A stretch of 64,000 nucleotides of DNA, taken from Wickerhamiella versatilis. Taxonomy: Eukaryota. Shown in pieces: positions 61,895-64,000 of the stretch (within the stretch, counting starts at the first letter, position 1; each line of letters begins with the position of its first letter). A program made the translations under genes and the position numbers. The DNA lies in contig JAQOWU010000003.1 in assembly GCA_030867685.1 (NCBI GenBank), positions 248,001 to 312,000 of the forward strand. Direction: 5' to 3'. Under the pieces are notes generated by a model. The model was given only the letters and a program-made list of their open reading frames with translations. It searched no databases and was not told where the DNA came from.

Positions 61895-63439
61895 TCAGGA
61901 GTAACCTGGTTGGTTGCACATGTAGCCTTCAGACATTTCCATGTGATCACTCCACGTGCCATTCGCCAGTTTGTGTAGAGGATCACACTCTACGCTTAGT
62001 CGTTTCTCACGGATCCTATCTACCATCCAACCCGAAGTAACTGATTTCCAAAATCCCTTCTTTTTGGAATTTATCGCGGCGCCCCGATACACCACGCCTA
62101 GCTCAAGTTGGCAACGCCCCCATTCAAATACCCAAAGAAGGCATTGTTCTTCTTCCACACAGGCCTGTTTGCAGGCTTCCTTGCTACTGGCCGCGTTATC
62201 GCCGTTAAATACGCGACTAGTTTTTTCTTCCCAACGGCCACTCGTATGCTGCATGATGGCATTCCAATCACTGCGCTCGTCGACAACGTAGGGCATAATA
62301 AAGTCTCGGTAGATATCCGCGAACGTAACATGAGATTTTGACATGGGTATAGTTTGTTCATAGTTGTATAGCAGATCAATCTCGCTGGGGTTTAAGTGGT
62401 GCCAGGAGATAAGTGGCAAGCACCACCCATTGGGACCGACGGCAATGTCCCTTGTATTTGAACCTTGAAACGGCGTGTCGTAGCAAGGATAGTTACCCCA
62501 GGGAACTTCGACAAGTAATTCATCGACGTACATATATAGCAACATCCCCACCAACGCATCACCTGCAATATTCGGATCAGCCAAATCCATGAACTTTTCT
62601 AGCACTTCATTCATTCGGCCACGATCAGAGTGAGGATTAGCCCCAAATAAAGCAGACATTGCTCCGCGGCTGACAGCCACACCAGAGCCACCATGGGCAA
62701 ACTGGATCGAAATTTCTTCGCCATGTTTGTTGTTGACATGAAATGTCCAATCAGCCGCTCGGCCAATGTAATGAGGCTCTGAGTAGTTGTAGCTTTTCAG
62801 ATGCTCAAGTAGTCCCCGTTGTAGAACGTAAGAATCAGCATCGATGAAGACAAACCACTCTGTATTAGCAGGCGCGTTCAGCCAAGCATGGGCCAGCATG
62901 GGCACGTTTTTATACTTGTCAAGTATCCAACCTGGGTAGTCGTTAATGTCATCCAGCTCCCAAAGCCATTTGTTCTCCATTGCTTCTCTAAGTTCAAAGT
63001 ACTTGCCAAGATGAGAACGATGTCTCTCGACCAAATCCTGGGGGAGCCACTTCAAAATGTCGATAACAGGAACACCACACACCTCTGTCTCTACATCTGC
63101 ATAAACAGCATGGTGTGGCCATCGTTTGAGAGTGCTACGTATGTGGGGGGGAAGCCGACTTTGAGTAACGGTTGCCCCTGTTTTTAACATCATGAAAATT
63201 TTATCGGCATAGGCATCCAATGGACCATCTTTGACATGTGCCTCCGGTTGATATCCCGAATAATGAAACAACGGCTCCCTTGGGGGTGTGTGCCCGGTCT
63301 CAGTGGCTTGAGAAAACACAGATAACGGGTTGGCCGAGTTAGGGCCTTTTCTGAGCATCCATCCCTGACTAGCAAGTACCAAGAAAATTGCCACTAAAAT
63401 CACCAGCCCCAGCTGTATTCTAATTTTCTTGCCAAGCAT
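61895..63439 (-). CDS. Glycosyltransferase family 31 (Fringe-like), type II membrane protein with C-terminal PAN/apple-like module
   Basis: N-terminal TM; MLKTGAT, GWILDKYKN, WFVFIDADSY (DxD), FAHGGSG, AGDALVG, SWHH; CKQACVEEEQCLLW. Confidence 0.85.
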   Translation of the reverse strand: MLGKKIRIQLGLVILVAIFLVLASQGWMLRKGPNSANPLSVFSQATETGHTPPREPLFHYSGYQPEAHVKDGPLDAYADKIFMMLKTGATVTQSRLPPHIRSTLKRWPHHAVYADVETEVCGVPVIDILKWLPQDLVERHRSHLGKYFELREAMENKWLWELDDINDYPGWILDKYKNVPMLAHAWLNAPANTEWFVFIDADSYVLQRGLLEHLKSYNYSEPHYIGRAADWTFHVNNKHGEEISIQFAHGGSGVAVSRGAMSALFGANPHSDRGRMNEVLEKFMDLADPNIAGDALVGMLLYMYVDELLVEVPWGNYPCYDTPFQGSNTRDIAVGPNGWCLPLISWHHLNPSEIDLLYNYEQTIPMSKSHVTFADIYRDFIMPYVVDERSDWNAIMQHTSGRWEEKTSRVFNGDNAASSKEACKQACVEEEQCLLWVFEWGRCQLELGVVYRGAAINSKKKGFWKSVTSGWMVDRIREKRLSVECDPLHKLANGTWSDHMEMSEGYMCNQPGYS

Positions 63440-63655
63440 TTTGACCGGGGGTGCGTGACCTAGTAGGCCTTATCTTACTTCACTGTTTAGTAAACTGACA
63501 TTTTGATACGGCACCAGCATGCTAACTACTACGTTAAATATGTACTGAATCATATTTGAACAAGATGACTGAAAGCCTAGCACATTGCGAAGAACCTGCC
63601 TTGTGATAGCTCAGACATCGGTCTAGGATAATTTTCTTTATAAATCAGAACTTTC

Positions 63656-63775
63656 AGCTACGGCCATATCCAGCAGGTAACTGGGCTTCCCGTCCGATCA
63701 GCCATACATAAGCTGCTGAGAGCCTGATTCAGTATTACGGTGGGAGACCACGTGAGAACGGCAGGTGCTGTAGTT
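63656..63775 (+). rRNA. RDN5: 5S ribosomal RNA (dispersed copy)
   Basis: AGCTACGGCCATATC...TTCCCGTCCGATC...TAAGCTG..AGAGCCTGA..AGTA..GTGGG.GACCA...CAGGTGCTGTAGTT, collinear with yeast 5S; 5' and 3' ends pair; ~120 nt. Confidence 0.95.
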
Positions 63776-63787
63776 TTTCCTTTTTTT
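63774..63787 (+). terminator. Pol III oligo(T) terminator of the 5S gene
   Basis: tttttccttttttt directly after the 5S 3' end. Confidence 0.8.
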
Positions 63788-63798
63788 GCTGCCTATTA

Positions 63799-64000
63799 CT
63801 ATGGAATTTCTAGGACTAACTGGCCTGGATATTTTTTGGCAATAAAGTCCTTCTGTGCCTCAACGATATTTCCCAACGGATAAACCTTGCCAATCCGCGG
63901 CTGGATCTCGCCCTTATCTATGTAAGATACCAAGTTCTCAAACACAACGTCATCCTGAAATGCGCATCCAAAAAAGTACAGGTCCTTCAGATACACAGTG
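63799..64000 (-). CDS. C-terminal end of an MDR zinc-type alcohol dehydrogenase/quinone reductase (bacterial-type), partial
   Basis: TVYLKDLYFFGC..FENLVSYIDKGEIQP.IGKVYPLGNIVEAQKDF..KKYPGQLVL matches MDR C-termini; the gene begins beyond the window. Confidence 0.75.
   Translation of the reverse strand, partial: TVYLKDLYFFGCAFQDDVVFENLVSYIDKGEIQPRIGKVYPLGNIVEAQKDFIAKKYPGQLVLEIP

Noticed and set aside
1158-63375. Numerous 60-170 aa ORFs overlapping the long genes
   Set aside because: Antisense or out-of-frame shadows with no recognisable motifs.
63540-63655. tRNA-5S dicistronic gene as in Yarrowia
   Set aside because: No cloverleaf or B-box is visible upstream of the 5S.
1-64000. CRISPR arrays, transposases/retroelements, tRNAs
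   Set aside because: No repeat-spacer arrays, no RT/integrase/transposase motifs and no tRNA structures found by eye.

Overview
Fungal (budding-yeast-like) chromosomal DNA: compact, apparently intron-free genes, Zn2Cys6 regulators, a tricalbin and a dispersed 5S rRNA gene. The mix of fungal genes with several bacterial-looking oxidoreductases/hydrolases is reminiscent of Wickerhamiella/Starmerella-type yeasts (inference only). Apart from tricalbin, the window is an accessory nutrient-scavenging region. (i) 4.4-19.3 kb is a tightly packed, GATAA-rich cluster with two sarcosine/pipecolate/fructosyl-amine-oxidase-family flavoproteins, two Dal5-family permeases, a HAD hydrolase closely resembling L-azetidine-2-carboxylate (AZC) hydrolase, a Zn2Cys6 factor, a Vba-like MFS, a bacterial-type prolidase-like amidohydrolase, a methyltransferase and an SDR. 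This is a candidate undescribed catabolic system for cyclic imino acids or N-alkylated amino acids. (ii) A peptide-foraging set: Cps1-like, GPI-anchored S10 and CPY-like carboxypeptidases, three OPT transporters and two alpha-arrestins. (iii) GH5, GH27 and GH79 glycosidases, a secreted lipase and a GT31. Features missing from the ORF track: a partial CPS1 gene (1-694), the 5S rRNA, two frameshifted genes (one at a perfect hairpin) and a duplicated pseudogene relic upstream of two OPT paralogues.
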